Origin: an uncultured Chlamydiae bacterium | GTDB lineage: Bacteria > Chlamydiota > Chlamydiia > Chlamydiales > JAJFMA01 | Length of the DNA stretch: 64,000 nt | Direction: 5' to 3' | Assembly: GCA_963713615.1 (NCBI GenBank) | Contig: CAVQMM010000001.1 | Location: forward strand, 1,024,001-1,088,000 | In this document: in pieces, positions 10,537 to 20,202 of the stretch | Layout: each line of letters opens with the position of its first letter | Numbering within the stretch: the first letter of the stretch is position 1 | The notes under the pieces: model-generated | Database searches by the model: none | Told to the model about the DNA's origin: nothing | The model's input: the letters and a program-made list of their open reading frames with translations, nothing else | Made by a program: the position numbers and the translations under genes

Positions 10537-10801
10537 GTACAAGGTCCAGGTCAACAAGCGATACCTGAAAGACTTTGAAAAAATCCCGAAGAGAGATCGG
10601 GAGCAAATCCGTAAAAGCGTCCTGTCACTAGCTGACAATCCTCGACCCGATGGTTATAAAAAACTAAAGGGAGGATCTAAGGAGCCAGTATACCGAATCA
10701 GATTCGGCGACTATCGGGTAATATATACGGTTCGCGACGACGTTCTTTTGGTGCTTGTGATCGAAGTCGGGCACCGAAAAGACATCTACAAATTGACTTG
10801 A
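10526..10801 (+). CDS. RelE/ParE family toxin
   Basis: NPRPDGYKKLKG, YRIRFGDYRVIY, VGHRKDIY. Confidence 0.9.
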   Translation: MPSKYKVQVNKRYLKDFEKIPKRDREQIRKSVLSLADNPRPDGYKKLKGGSKEPVYRIRFGDYRVIYTVRDDVLLVLVIEVGHRKDIYKLT

Positions 10802-10847
10802 TAAAAGGAGGGGGACCTAAGACCCTTGTTCGGACTGGCAGTGGGAG

Positions 10848-10925
10848 CGTTACTTTTGGATATTGGCGACGCAGTCGGTTGGGGCTCCAGAGCGCTTCGC
10901 GCCTAGACACCATTGTGAGGGCTTT
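10848..10925. repeat. Partial copy of the REPIN-associated tail
   Basis: cgttacttt.ggatattggcgacgcagtcggtt...attgtgagggctt, shared with ~4625-4700 and ~9360-9438. Confidence 0.7.
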
Positions 10926-11004
10926 AATGGCTGTTTCGGCGTCGCAAGGAATTCAGCAATACACCGGTCTAAAAACACGGCTGCCGTGACGCTGTGCGGA
11001 GTGC

Positions 11005-11102
11005 TAGGGGCAGACGTGACTTGTTTATCGCACGAGAGACCTTGGGTGAGAAATCCAGCAGAATTTCGGACGAGAAGTCAATAAGTCACGTCTGACTCTT
11101 AG
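11005..11102. mobile_element. Putative ~98-bp MITE
   Basis: IR cagacgtgactt / aagtcacgtctg, flanked by TAG on both sides. Confidence 0.5.
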
Positions 11103-11799
11103 CAATTAATTCCATAAATTGTAAAATTAATCTATTCTAATTAAAGTATGGTATATTAGTGTATTAAAGACATGAGATTAAATACATTTTCTGCAAACAA
11201 GCAGCATGCCATTTATGCGAAAAACAGGTCGCACTTAATTATCCCGATGGAACATATGGGGGTAAAGAACCGCCATGCGATACTTACTTGCGGGAAAGGC
11301 TGGATGGCATAGATCCCCAATCACTGCGCTCAGCTTTTACAGATCTGTTTTCTCTCGTACAAAGAGGAAAGGTAATAGAAGATTACAAGTTTTTAGACAA
11401 TTGTGTGTTAATTGCCTGCGATGGCACTGGCGTCTTTTCATCGGAGAAAGTACACTGCCCAAACTGCTGTGAAAAGCATCATAAAGATGGAAGAATTACT
11501 TACTATCATCAAATGCTTGCAGGAGTCCTGATTCACCCGGATCATAAAGAAGTCTTTCCTTTTTGCCCTGAACCGATTTCAAAGCCTGATGGAGCAACCA
11601 AAAATGACTGTGAACAGAATGCTACTAGAAGATTTTTAGAGCATTTTCGCCGAGAACATCCACGTTTGAACGTGATTTTTACATCTGATGCATTGAGCGC
11701 AAAAGGCCCCTACATTCGGCCAATAATTGATATGGGAGCTCATTTTATCATTGGTGTTAATCCAGGTGGCAATCCTAGCCTCTTTGAGTGGCTCAAAGG

Positions 11800-13682
11800 G
11801 GCCTTATTCACCTTTACAGTGAAAACTTTCGGTCACTAAATGAAAGGTCAATGACCCGTGCTGCATGAGGATCGGGGCGTTTTATAGGTATAAGGCAACA
11901 TATAATTAGAAAAAAATAGAGTCAACCGCTTAAAGCCTTAGCTTCTTACGACTTAGACTTAACAATTGACTCTATGGATACAGTATCGCCAATTTCGACT
12001 GAAAATACAACTCCCAAATGCCGCAAAATTCATCGATCTCTTCCAGTCATATCTGAGAAGATTGTGGCTTTTGATGTTCTTGCTAATTTACAACGCACTG
12101 TAAGGTCGGCTAGACAAATTTCTAGCATTTTGGAGGTCCCAAACTCAACTATGCAGTCGTGGAGTACTCAAAAGCGTACTTTGCAGAAATATTCGGAATG
12201 GGAAGAATTTTTCTCAAGACCTTCAGGCGCAGAACTTCTTCAGCGGTGTGTTATGGCCGCGCATCAAGTAACTAATTACGGTCCAAGCGGTATCCAGGGT
12301 TTGCAGGAGTATCTGCGGCTCTCGGGACTCGACCGCTTTGTAGCATCATCAAACGGGGCACTACAGGCATTTACCAAGCGTTGTGAAAGGCATATTATCG
12401 CATTTGGGGATGGTGAGGAAAAACGTTTGGCGGGAAAAACAAAATTCAGAAAGATCACAGCAGTCCTTGACGAGATGTTTAGAGGAAAGCTGCCCTGTCT
12501 CGTGGCGATCGAGGCGGTTTCCAACTACATTCTTCTGGAGAAGTTCACCGGCGACAGAAAGGCTGAGACCTGGAAGCAAGAAATCAATTCAAGGCTGAGT
12601 GGATTAAATGTTGAAATTGGCCAAGTTGTAAGCGATCTAGGTACGGGAATTACCGCCTGTACGAAGGAGCTGGGAGCCCAACATTCGCCCGACATGTTCC
12701 ACGGGCAGTACGAACTATCGAAAGCTATCTCCGGCGCTCTGGCAACACAGAGAAGGTCTTTTGAAAAGGAGCTCAAAGAGGCCGAAGAGAGAGTCCAGAA
12801 AATGGTTGCGCGGTATGGGAAAGACTCAGAGAAGACAAAGCAAGTAATAGGAACGCGCAATCTCCGTCAACATGGGCTTGAGGAAAGGATTAAGCGACAG
12901 GAAGCAGCTAGGACGGCGATTAAAGCGACAGGAAAGTTATATCACCCCATAGATTTGACAACAGGGCAGGTGCAGACAGCAGGGGCGATTGAGCAAGGAT
13001 TTGACCATCATCTGAAAACGCTTAGGAGGATTGCTGAAGAAGCTCAATTGTCACAATCATGTCATGAGCGATTGGAGAAGGCTAGAAGAGCCTTTGATGG
13101 CATGGTGAGTTACATGAAGATGATTCTTGCAGTGCTTATGGCCTACGTGGAAGCCCTGCAGCTGAACGACGAGCAAAAACGCTTTTTTATGGAAGTCATC
13201 TATCCGCTTGCCTACCTCAGGATGACATGGAGGCGCCAGCCGAGAAAGGAGCGAGAGGAACTTAAGCCATTAAAGGAGGCCCTGGAAGCCAAGATAAGAG
13301 AAGGGCCTTGGCCCGAAACATTGAAAAATGAGTGGATGGCGATGGGGCAGGAGTGTGTGGAGAGGTTTCAGAGATCTAGTTCGTGTGTTGAAGGGCGCAA
13401 TGGCATGCTTTCGCTGCTTCACCACCGACAGCATAGGCTAAACGAGTGCAAGCTAAAGGCTTTGACGGTTATACACAACTATCACATCCGCCGGAAAGAT
13501 GGGACCACTGCTGCAGAGCGTTTCTTTGGAGGGAAACATGAGAACTTGTTTGAGTCACTGGTAAAGACCATGCGTATTCCTGGAAGACCCCAGCAGCAAC
13601 ATCACGACCAAGAAAGAAGGCTGCTAGGCTGGAAAAAACGGCTTGTTGCCTAGAAGAATTGACCGAAAAGGTGAACAAGGCC
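11800..13682 (+). mobile_element. Full-length GGCCTT-ended IS (DUF6399-like transposase) with 8-bp TSD
   Basis: IRs ggccttattcaccttt / aaaggtgaacaaggcc; TSD ctcaaagg at 11792-11799 and 13683-13690. Confidence 0.9.
11974..13653 (+). CDS. Transposase, DUF6399/ISNCY-like, 559 aa
   Basis: LDEMF, VVSDL, HSPDMFH, FQRSSSCVEGRNG, DGTTAAERFF; enclosed by IRs and TSD. Confidence 0.8.
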   Translation: MDTVSPISTENTTPKCRKIHRSLPVISEKIVAFDVLANLQRTVRSARQISSILEVPNSTMQSWSTQKRTLQKYSEWEEFFSRPSGAELLQRCVMAAHQVTNYGPSGIQGLQEYLRLSGLDRFVASSNGALQAFTKRCERHIIAFGDGEEKRLAGKTKFRKITAVLDEMFRGKLPCLVAIEAVSNYILLEKFTGDRKAETWKQEINSRLSGLNVEIGQVVSDLGTGITACTKELGAQHSPDMFHGQYELSKAISGALATQRRSFEKELKEAEERVQKMVARYGKDSEKTKQVIGTRNLRQHGLEERIKRQEAARTAIKATGKLYHPIDLTTGQVQTAGAIEQGFDHHLKTLRRIAEEAQLSQSCHERLEKARRAFDGMVSYMKMILAVLMAYVEALQLNDEQKRFFMEVIYPLAYLRMTWRRQPRKEREELKPLKEALEAKIREGPWPETLKNEWMAMGQECVERFQRSSSCVEGRNGMLSLLHHRQHRLNECKLKALTVIHNYHIRRKDGTTAAERFFGGKHENLFESLVKTMRIPGRPQQQHHDQERRLLGWKKRLVA

Positions 13683-13934
13683 CTCAAAGGGATAGAACTC
13701 GCGACACATAAAGTGACTACTAAAAAGGAAACACTTGAGTTTAGCTTCTGCAATAAAATCCCACTAAATGATGCCAACCACGATCTTGAGGTAAACTTCA
13801 TCGACTGCGTAGTAAGAAATGCTAAGGGTAAAATAATCGGACATTTCTCATGGATTACAGATATCCTTGTCACTCAAAATAATGTCCACCAACTTTCAAG
13901 AGGAGGAAGAGCTAGATGGCGGATTGAAAATGAG

Positions 13935-14094
13935 GGCCTTGTTCACCTTTACGGTCAGAATTTCGGTCGGACGAAAAAGGTCGGATGTCGTGGTTTGTGA
14001 CGAGGGCATAGCGCCAGCTATGTCCGAGGAGCAAAACGCGACAGACGATCCTTTTGCAGTCGACCGAAAACTGACCGCAAAGGTGAATAAGGCC
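13935..14094. mobile_element. 160-bp MITE of the GGCCTT family, copy 1
   Basis: Same IRs; TSD aaaatgag at 13927-13934 and 14095-14102. Confidence 0.92.
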
Positions 14095-14584
14095 AAAATG
14101 AGACGTTCAACACTCTTAAGCATCAGGGTTATCACTTTGAGCATAATTTTGGACATGGCTATAGACATCTAAGCCATGTCTTTGGTGTTTTGATGTTTTT
14201 GGCGTTTTTCATAGATCAAGTACAGCAACGCTGCTGCGGGCTTTTTCAGGCGGCAGTAAAAAAAGCTGGATCAAAAGCGCGATTTTGGCGCCGCCAGCAA
14301 TCTATTTTTACAGAGCTCTATGTCTCTTCCTGGGAGGGCCTGTTTCTTTGGATGGTAGACAGGAGCCATGGAGGAGTAACAATGCATGACACTTCTTAAG
14401 ATGCAGCTTAAAGCGATGTCGTGATTGTTAAGAGAGTGTTTTTAGACAGATAAGCGATCAAAGGTAATCGAAGCTACCTAGTCGAAGGTGATTGCTTTTC
14501 TCGATTTTCTATACTCCTAGCGCGCCCTTGAAAGGTGCTTAAAAATATTTATTTGAGGGAGCTGCTGACGTAAATGCTTTTCTA

Positions 14585-14614
14585 TTGCAAAAAAGGTCAA
14601 AAATGACCTAAAAT
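14585..14614 (+). promoter_or_regulatory. higBA promoter with palindromic operator
   Basis: TTGCAA-18 bp-TAAAAT; aggtca-aaaa-tgacct at 14594-14609. Confidence 0.6.
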
Positions 14615-14622
14615 GAAGGTAT

Positions 14623-14907
14623 ATGAAACAGACACTCTGGACGGTCGATCTCGTCGGAAAGGCTAAAAAAGCTTTCAAGGAATTGCCGAAAGGTACAGCT
14701 GAAACTCTTAGATTACTATTAGAGGATCTAGAGAAAAATGGGTATCAAAGGCACAACTGGCCGAATTTTAGTAAATTGAAAGATACCGTCTACCACTGCC
14801 ACTTGGAAAAGGGGCGACCGACATATGTCGCTTGCTGGAGAGTCTATAAAAAAGTAAAACTAATTGAGGTATATTATGCGGGCACACACGAGAACGCGCC
14901 GTACTGA
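14623..14907 (+). CDS. RelE/HigB-like toxin
   Basis: WPNFSKL, YHCHL, YVACW motifs; toxin-first order before an XRE antitoxin. Confidence 0.8.
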   Translation: MKQTLWTVDLVGKAKKAFKELPKGTAETLRLLLEDLEKNGYQRHNWPNFSKLKDTVYHCHLEKGRPTYVACWRVYKKVKLIEVYYAGTHENAPY

Positions 14908-15190
14908 AGACAAGCGGTCTTCAGACGACAAAGGGAAAAATGAAAAAACCAGGGATTCCATTAATTGGAGAACCGCCGCCGAAGAAGCCTTCGGTAATGT
15001 TCCAGGTACTGCGTTGAATCTGCGCGGCTTGAGAAACCGTGAAGGTCTTACACAAGCACAGCTAGGTCAAGCCATCGGAGTAGAACAGTCCAATATTTCC
15101 AAAATGGAACGCGGCATTCGTCAAATCGGAATAAAGATTGCTAAGCGTATTGAAGAGGTCTTTGACATCGATTATCACCTCTTTCTATGA
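14876..15190 (+). CDS. HigA-like XRE antitoxin
   Basis: LRGLRNREGLTQAQLG HTH. Confidence 0.85.
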   Translation: MRAHTRTRRTEDKRSSDDKGKNEKTRDSINWRTAAEEAFGNVPGTALNLRGLRNREGLTQAQLGQAIGVEQSNISKMERGIRQIGIKIAKRIEEVFDIDYHLFL

Positions 15191-15218
15191 ACCTTTTATA
15201 TCACGCACGCAGTGCAAT

Positions 15219-15530
15219 TCAATGCCATGCTTTCAACCACTGATCATACTCTAAGGGTTTTAAGCGAAAGCGAGCTATATTTCCTTTATGCAAACTCATT
15301 AGTTCAATTTCAATTGCTTCGATAAACCTCGCTTGATCATCCAGTTTCACAGCCTCGGAAGCTTTTTGTTTGATTACACATACTGCCGTTTGCTTGTCCA
15401 TGCATCCTCGAATAATCTCCCCTATTACCGTGATGATAAGGTTGCGATACCGCAGGCGAAGAGGATCTGGTTCTACAAGTTCTTGACGTGTCGCCGAGTA
15501 AAGTTGACTGGAGCGTTCGTAGGCCCACAC
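15219..15530 (-). pseudogene. C-terminal fragment of a Fic-family protein
   Basis: WAYERS...EPDPLRLRYR...GNIARFRL tail typical of a Fic subfamily; no catalytic part. Confidence 0.65.
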
Positions 15531-15532
15531 AA

Positions 15533-16342
15533 AAACTTCACCTCTATGCCTATGTGCACAATGACCCCATGACCCTCTTTGATCCTTGGGGTTTGGCAAT
15601 TAATTGGATGGGTCCTTCTGGTCTTGGCTACGACTATTTTGGTTCTAGTAATGCCTTTTCAAGCCGGCTTGGGCAAGGGTTTAACTCATGGAATAGCCGT
15701 AGTTTCGAACCTTATTCGCTGATCAACAGGCCATTGGGTCAGCCAAATTTAGGATTTGCTTCTCAAACCAATGGCGGACTACAATCGTTTGTTGGGATAG
15801 CTCCCATGGCTCTGCGTGTTGGCGGTAAGGTTCTTGATTTTGCAGTTAAGCAAGGCCCGCGCTTTTACAACTATGGCCGACGTTTGTGGCGTCAAATGCA
15901 TCCAGCGCCAACACCAGGCCCGCTCATGGGAGCAAGTGGGCCAGCAGCTAGCCATACCACGCAAGTCGCTAGTAGAGTTCAGCAACTCTCTCAAAGAACT
16001 CTTAGGCCGGGAGCGGGAGGAGGGCGTACAGCATCTCCAGCTCGAACCAGGGATGTTGGCGGACCACACACTAAATCCAATCTCCAACATGGTCAGAAGA
16101 AACATACAGAGTATAGACGGACAGAAGTTCTCGATGGGGTTCGCGAAAAAGAATACCCTTTACCAAGTGGGAGAAGAGTTGATTTTATCGATTTTGATAA
16201 AAATATCATATACGAATTAAAACCCTACAATCCAAGAGCCATGCGGGAGGGATATAGACAGCTTGAGCTTTATAAAAAAGAACTTCAACAAATGATAAAA
16301 TTTGAGAATAAAGATTGGGAAATCGTATTAGACACATACTGA
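15533..16342 (+). pseudogene. Orphan Rhs C-terminal cassette with restriction-endonuclease-fold toxin (Tox-REase-9-like)
   Basis: Rhs core end YAYVHNDPMTLFDPWGL; KEYPLPSGRRVDFIDF...YELKP PD-(D/E)xK motif. Confidence 0.8.
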
Positions 16343-16363
16343 ATAAAAAGGAAATGTGGCCTT

Positions 16364-16807
16364 ATGGAAAATAAAGAATTTAAAAAAACAGTTAGTGAAT
16401 TAGCAAAAAAAAGTGGATTTGAATGTCTTTTTGGAAAATGGTTTAAAGAATCTCATGAATGCATTCTTGTTCTTTGGCTTCAAAAATCGAATTATAGTAA
16501 TATTTACTACTTAAATGCAAGCATATTTGTTCAAGGATGCTTCGGAATTAAATACATAAAATCAAAGGATCTTTTAAAAAAAGGATGTGAAGCCTTTCAG
16601 TGTAGACCATCTCATTCGTGTTCAAGTCTGTTTGATCTAGATTATCTAATAGAAGATGAAAAAAGAAGACGAGACTTAGACATTTTTTTTGCTGAAGTTA
16701 TTGTTCCATTTTCTACTAAAGTTTTGACACGTACCGGAATCGGAGAATTAGTCTCGGAAGGACGTCTATACTTATTGCCTGCCGTAAAGAAATCTCTTGG
16801 ATGGTAG
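16364..16807 (+). CDS. Putative immunity protein (DUF4304-like)
   Basis: Directly after the toxin; AT-rich; GF...LQKS.Y..YYLN pattern. Confidence 0.65.
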   Translation: MENKEFKKTVSELAKKSGFECLFGKWFKESHECILVLWLQKSNYSNIYYLNASIFVQGCFGIKYIKSKDLLKKGCEAFQCRPSHSCSSLFDLDYLIEDEKRRRDLDIFFAEVIVPFSTKVLTRTGIGELVSEGRLYLLPAVKKSLGW

Positions 16808-16856
16808 GTGAATCGAGTATAATTGATGTAAGGATGCGCGCATAGACATGGAAAAT

Positions 16857-17724
16857 CAGGGAAATTGCATGAAGAATTTAGTTTACGCCAAGCAACCCCA
16901 ATAAGTAGCCACGGTTCCACCCTGCTTTCGAACGGCGATTTTTAATCCCTGCCTTTGTCTTTTTATCTGCCTTTAAAATATTTAGCGTGGCCCGTCGAAG
17001 CACGGAAAAATTTTCCGCCCCATTATCTTTTCTTACTTTGCATCCATCCTCTGCATAGGATACATCTAGCTGCCAGTGCAACTGGTTCTCAATTGTCCAA
17101 TGAGAGCGTATCGCATGGGCCATTTTCCTCGCATCGGACGAGAGGCTGGATATGTAAAACCGTGTTTCTGTTGAAGTTACACCCTTAATTGTTCTTGTAC
17201 TCCTAACTGCGGCAAGACTCCTTAAACCTGTCCATTCTGTTTTTTGTGGTAGCCACTCAAGATCTTCACATACCCAAACTTCTCGTTTCTCAACTCGTCC
17301 TCGCGACTTTTCTTCGCTCACAAAAAAGTCACAACCACTGGCTTCCGGTAGACCTTCAACCACTTGCTCAAAAAAGTTTTGAGCCTCAGCATGTAGATGT
17401 CCTTGATTCCCTTTTAGACCTATCACGTAGTCTCCTCCTTGCTCCACGATCTGCTTAACAAGTGGCCTATGACATCCTCCGGCATCCACTGTAATTGTAG
17501 CACCCCTAATATCGAGCATGGCAAGAAGCAAGGGAAAAGCAGTGATTTCATTGGATTTTAGCTCTGTTGCAAGCTGCCCTAGAACAAGTTGATTTTCCGC
17601 TGAAAATGCACTCACGATATGAATGGCTCTTACATCATTTGTCGTATCGGAAGAGTTGCATAAGGTTTTGCCGTCCAAAGCGATGATGCCACCTATCGTT
17701 TTGGCAATATGCTGAGTCCAGTTA
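16857..17724 (-). mobile_element. ISAs1-family remnant (5'-truncated transposase)
   Basis: IALDGKTL, KSNEITA, HWTIENQLHWQLDV; end cagggaaattgcatgaa. Confidence 0.9.
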
Positions 17725-17753
17725 TTCAACCACTATGGACTAAAGTCCATAGA
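17725..17753. repeat. Isolated IS200-type terminal hairpin
   Basis: ttcaaccactatggac-taaa-gtccataga, identical to 18623-18651. Confidence 0.8.
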
Positions 17754-17850
17754 CTATAGTTTGTATTTTTTTTTGTTTGACAAGCGAGCAATTTTTTTAA
17801 AAGTGCAGACTCGATATGATACTCTTTTTTTCTGACGAAAGGAGTGTCCT

Positions 17851-18622
17851 ATGAGCCTGCTAAGAAGTCTTATGTCTATTCTCACATTGTGGAGGCCCGC
17901 TTTTTGTAAAGAAGAAGCATTTAAGCGGGCTCAAGAACACGCCGTGGCTGGTTTATGTGCTTTTGGACGTCGCACAATCACAAACTTTGCTCTCTTCTTT
18001 GGGAGAGACCACGCAGTTCCCACTGCAGACTATAAACTATATACATCTTGCAAGTGGAATGTCGAGGATCTTTTTAATCCTATTTTACAACTCAGCCTGG
18101 ACAGCTTTAAAGATTCCAAATATATAGTCTGTGCTGCAGATGACACTAAGCTACATAAAACTGGCAAGAAAATACCCCACACTTCTTGGCAAAGGGACCC
18201 TATGTCTCCTCCCTTCCACACAAACTTCATATGGGGCCTTCGATTTCTCCAGTTCTCAGTGCTTCTTCCTCTATATAACCAAAGTGCTCCCTGCAGATCA
18301 GTTCCGGTGCGTTTTATTGACGCACCAAGCTTGAAAAAGCCGGGTAAAAAAAGCACTGAGGAGGAACGTGAAGAGTATAAGCTATTAAAGAAGAAGCATA
18401 ATTTATCTCACCTTTTTATAACGGAACTACTTGGCTTGAGAAACAGCCTAGATCAGATGGGGGCTACAGATAAAACGCTCTTGATGACTGTGGATGGAGG
18501 GTATTGTAACTCAACCTGCATGTCGGCGGAAATTCCAAGAACACACTTAATAGCAAGATGTCGCAAAGACGCTAAACTATGCAGACGTCATGAGGGACTC
18601 GGACGAAAATTCTATGGGGATA
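17851..18622 (+). pseudogene. IS701/IS4-like DDE transposase, 3'-truncated
   Basis: AADDTKLHKTGKK, RDPMSPPF, VDGGY; cut at an IS200-type end. Confidence 0.75.
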
Positions 18623-19374
18623 TTCAACCACTATGGACTAAAGTCCATAGATTGCTAGTCGACTGAAAGTCGATTTCGACTAAAGTCGACTGAAAGGTTC
18701 CGACTAAAGTCGGTTGAAAACCAGACTGAAAGTCCTGAACCTAAACCTACTCCACAGTAAATTCACCGTAATCCTTTCCTTCATGATTTTTAATGTATTC
18801 CCTAATCATCTCATCGGTAATGTCTCCTGCACTAAACGCTGCATAGCCTATCGCCCAAAAGTGTTTACCCCAATATTGCTTGCCAAGTTGCGGAAATTCT
18901 TCTTGAATGCGCCTAGAGGCACGCCCTTTTATAGACTTAACTAATTCTGTTACAGCTAGCTGAGGGGGGTATGACACATACAGATGAACATGATCCACAC
19001 CTACATGACCGCGAATTATCTGAACATCAAGAGCATCGCATGTCTGCCTTATCAAATCTCTAATTCGAGCAGTAACAGTACCTACAAGCACTTTATAGCG
19101 ATATTTTGTCACCCAAATCAGATGCACTTTCAGATCGTATTTTGAATGAGATGTCTTCCTATAATTTCTACTCATTAGACTCCAACAAAAAATGAGAAAT
19201 TTACGGGTTATTTATCAATAATTAATGAATGTGAGTATAATTACTATATATAGTAGTGGACTGAAAGTCCACTAAAAGGAATGTTCAACCACTATAAACT
19301 AAAGTTCATAGAATGTGGAATTTCACTGAAAGTGAATCAACTAAAGTCTTGGACTGAAAGTCCAGAGTTTTGAC
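18623..19374. mobile_element. IS200/IS605-family element with multi-hairpin flanks
   Basis: Y1 tnpA flanked by about ten ACT(G)AAAGT-core hairpins. Confidence 0.8.
18747..19175 (-). CDS. tnpA: IS200-family Y1 (HUH) transposase
   Basis: HLIWVTKYR, DHVHL (HUH), FWAIGY, IREYI catalytic Tyr. Confidence 0.93.
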   Translation of the reverse strand: MSRNYRKTSHSKYDLKVHLIWVTKYRYKVLVGTVTARIRDLIRQTCDALDVQIIRGHVGVDHVHLYVSYPPQLAVTELVKSIKGRASRRIQEEFPQLGKQYWGKHFWAIGYAAFSAGDITDEMIREYIKNHEGKDYGEFTVE

Positions 19375-19481
19375 TCGCGATATGGTACAATAAAGAAGTC
19401 TTTTGTTTTGATAAAGTTAGAATCAGCCTAGGATTATAAAACAATACTGATATAATCTTCTAATGCAAAATAAAATACTAG

Positions 19482-19883
19482 GGGCCAGCAGCTAGTAATA
19501 CCACGCAAGTCGCTAGTAGAGTTCAACAATTCGCCAGAGGACTCTCAGGCAAGATGCTGGCGGCGGGCGGATGACATCTCCAGCTTCCACTGAAAGTACA
19601 ACTAGTTCGTTTGTTTCAAATCCGATCTGGACATCGACAAAAAATAGAACCTCAGTGGAAAATGCATTCAAACATTGGAAAAAGCATGCTCAAGAATTTC
19701 CCGAATTTTTTAATGCTAAGGAATATGTGGAGACGGCAAGACGTTTTGTGAACTCTCCGCCATCGGGCACCTTAACAAAAATTAGAAGTAATGGGGAAAA
19801 AATTCTGTACAATCCATCTTCCAATACGTTCGGAGTGACAAATAGCCAGGGAGTTCCTCGCACTATGTATAAGCCAAATGAGG
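19482..19883 (+). pseudogene. Second orphan polymorphic-toxin C-terminal cassette (putative RNase), truncated by IS66
   Basis: Shares linker with 15938-16042, then HWKKHAQEFPE...PRTMYKP toxin-like domain. Confidence 0.7.
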
Positions 19884-20202
19884 GTGTCCCTCCTGTGAGC
19901 GTGCGTGATTTTGAAACAAGGTTGAGCGAAATTCGTGAGCAAACAACCAAGGAGGTTGCTCATGAAAGCTGCTACACTTTCGCTCGAACAAGTCGCTCAA
20001 GAATTTCATCGCGTTAGATCCCAAAAAAAGGGCCATCCACGCTTCTCCAAGGAGCTCTGGCAAGCTGCGTTCAATCTTACGATGACTTACTCTGTTGCTG
20101 AAATTGCATCTGCCATAGGCGTCTCTGTCCAGTACTTTAAGAAGCGCTTAGCGCGTGGAAAACAAACCATCCAAGATTTTGCTCAAGTACGCCCTCTACC
20201 TA
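19884..20202 (+). mobile_element. IS66 left-end remnant with partial tnpA
   Basis: Near-identical to the reverse complement of ~55960-56277. Confidence 0.9.

Larger units (their letters stand above)
11255..14399 (+). pseudogene. ISNCY-type DDE transposase, 5'-truncated and split by two insertions
   Basis: Removing the inserts restores EWLKGIELA and RWRIENETFNTLKHQGYHFEHNFGHG. Confidence 0.85.

Noticed and set aside
13659..14172. ORFs spanning IS or MITE junctions (also 19571-20017 tail, 25058-25483, 32750-33156, 40772-40999)
   Set aside because: Chimeric readings across insertion boundaries
18623..19374. CRISPR array in the hairpin clusters or REP repeats
   Set aside because: No constant repeat with regular unique spacers; no cas genes
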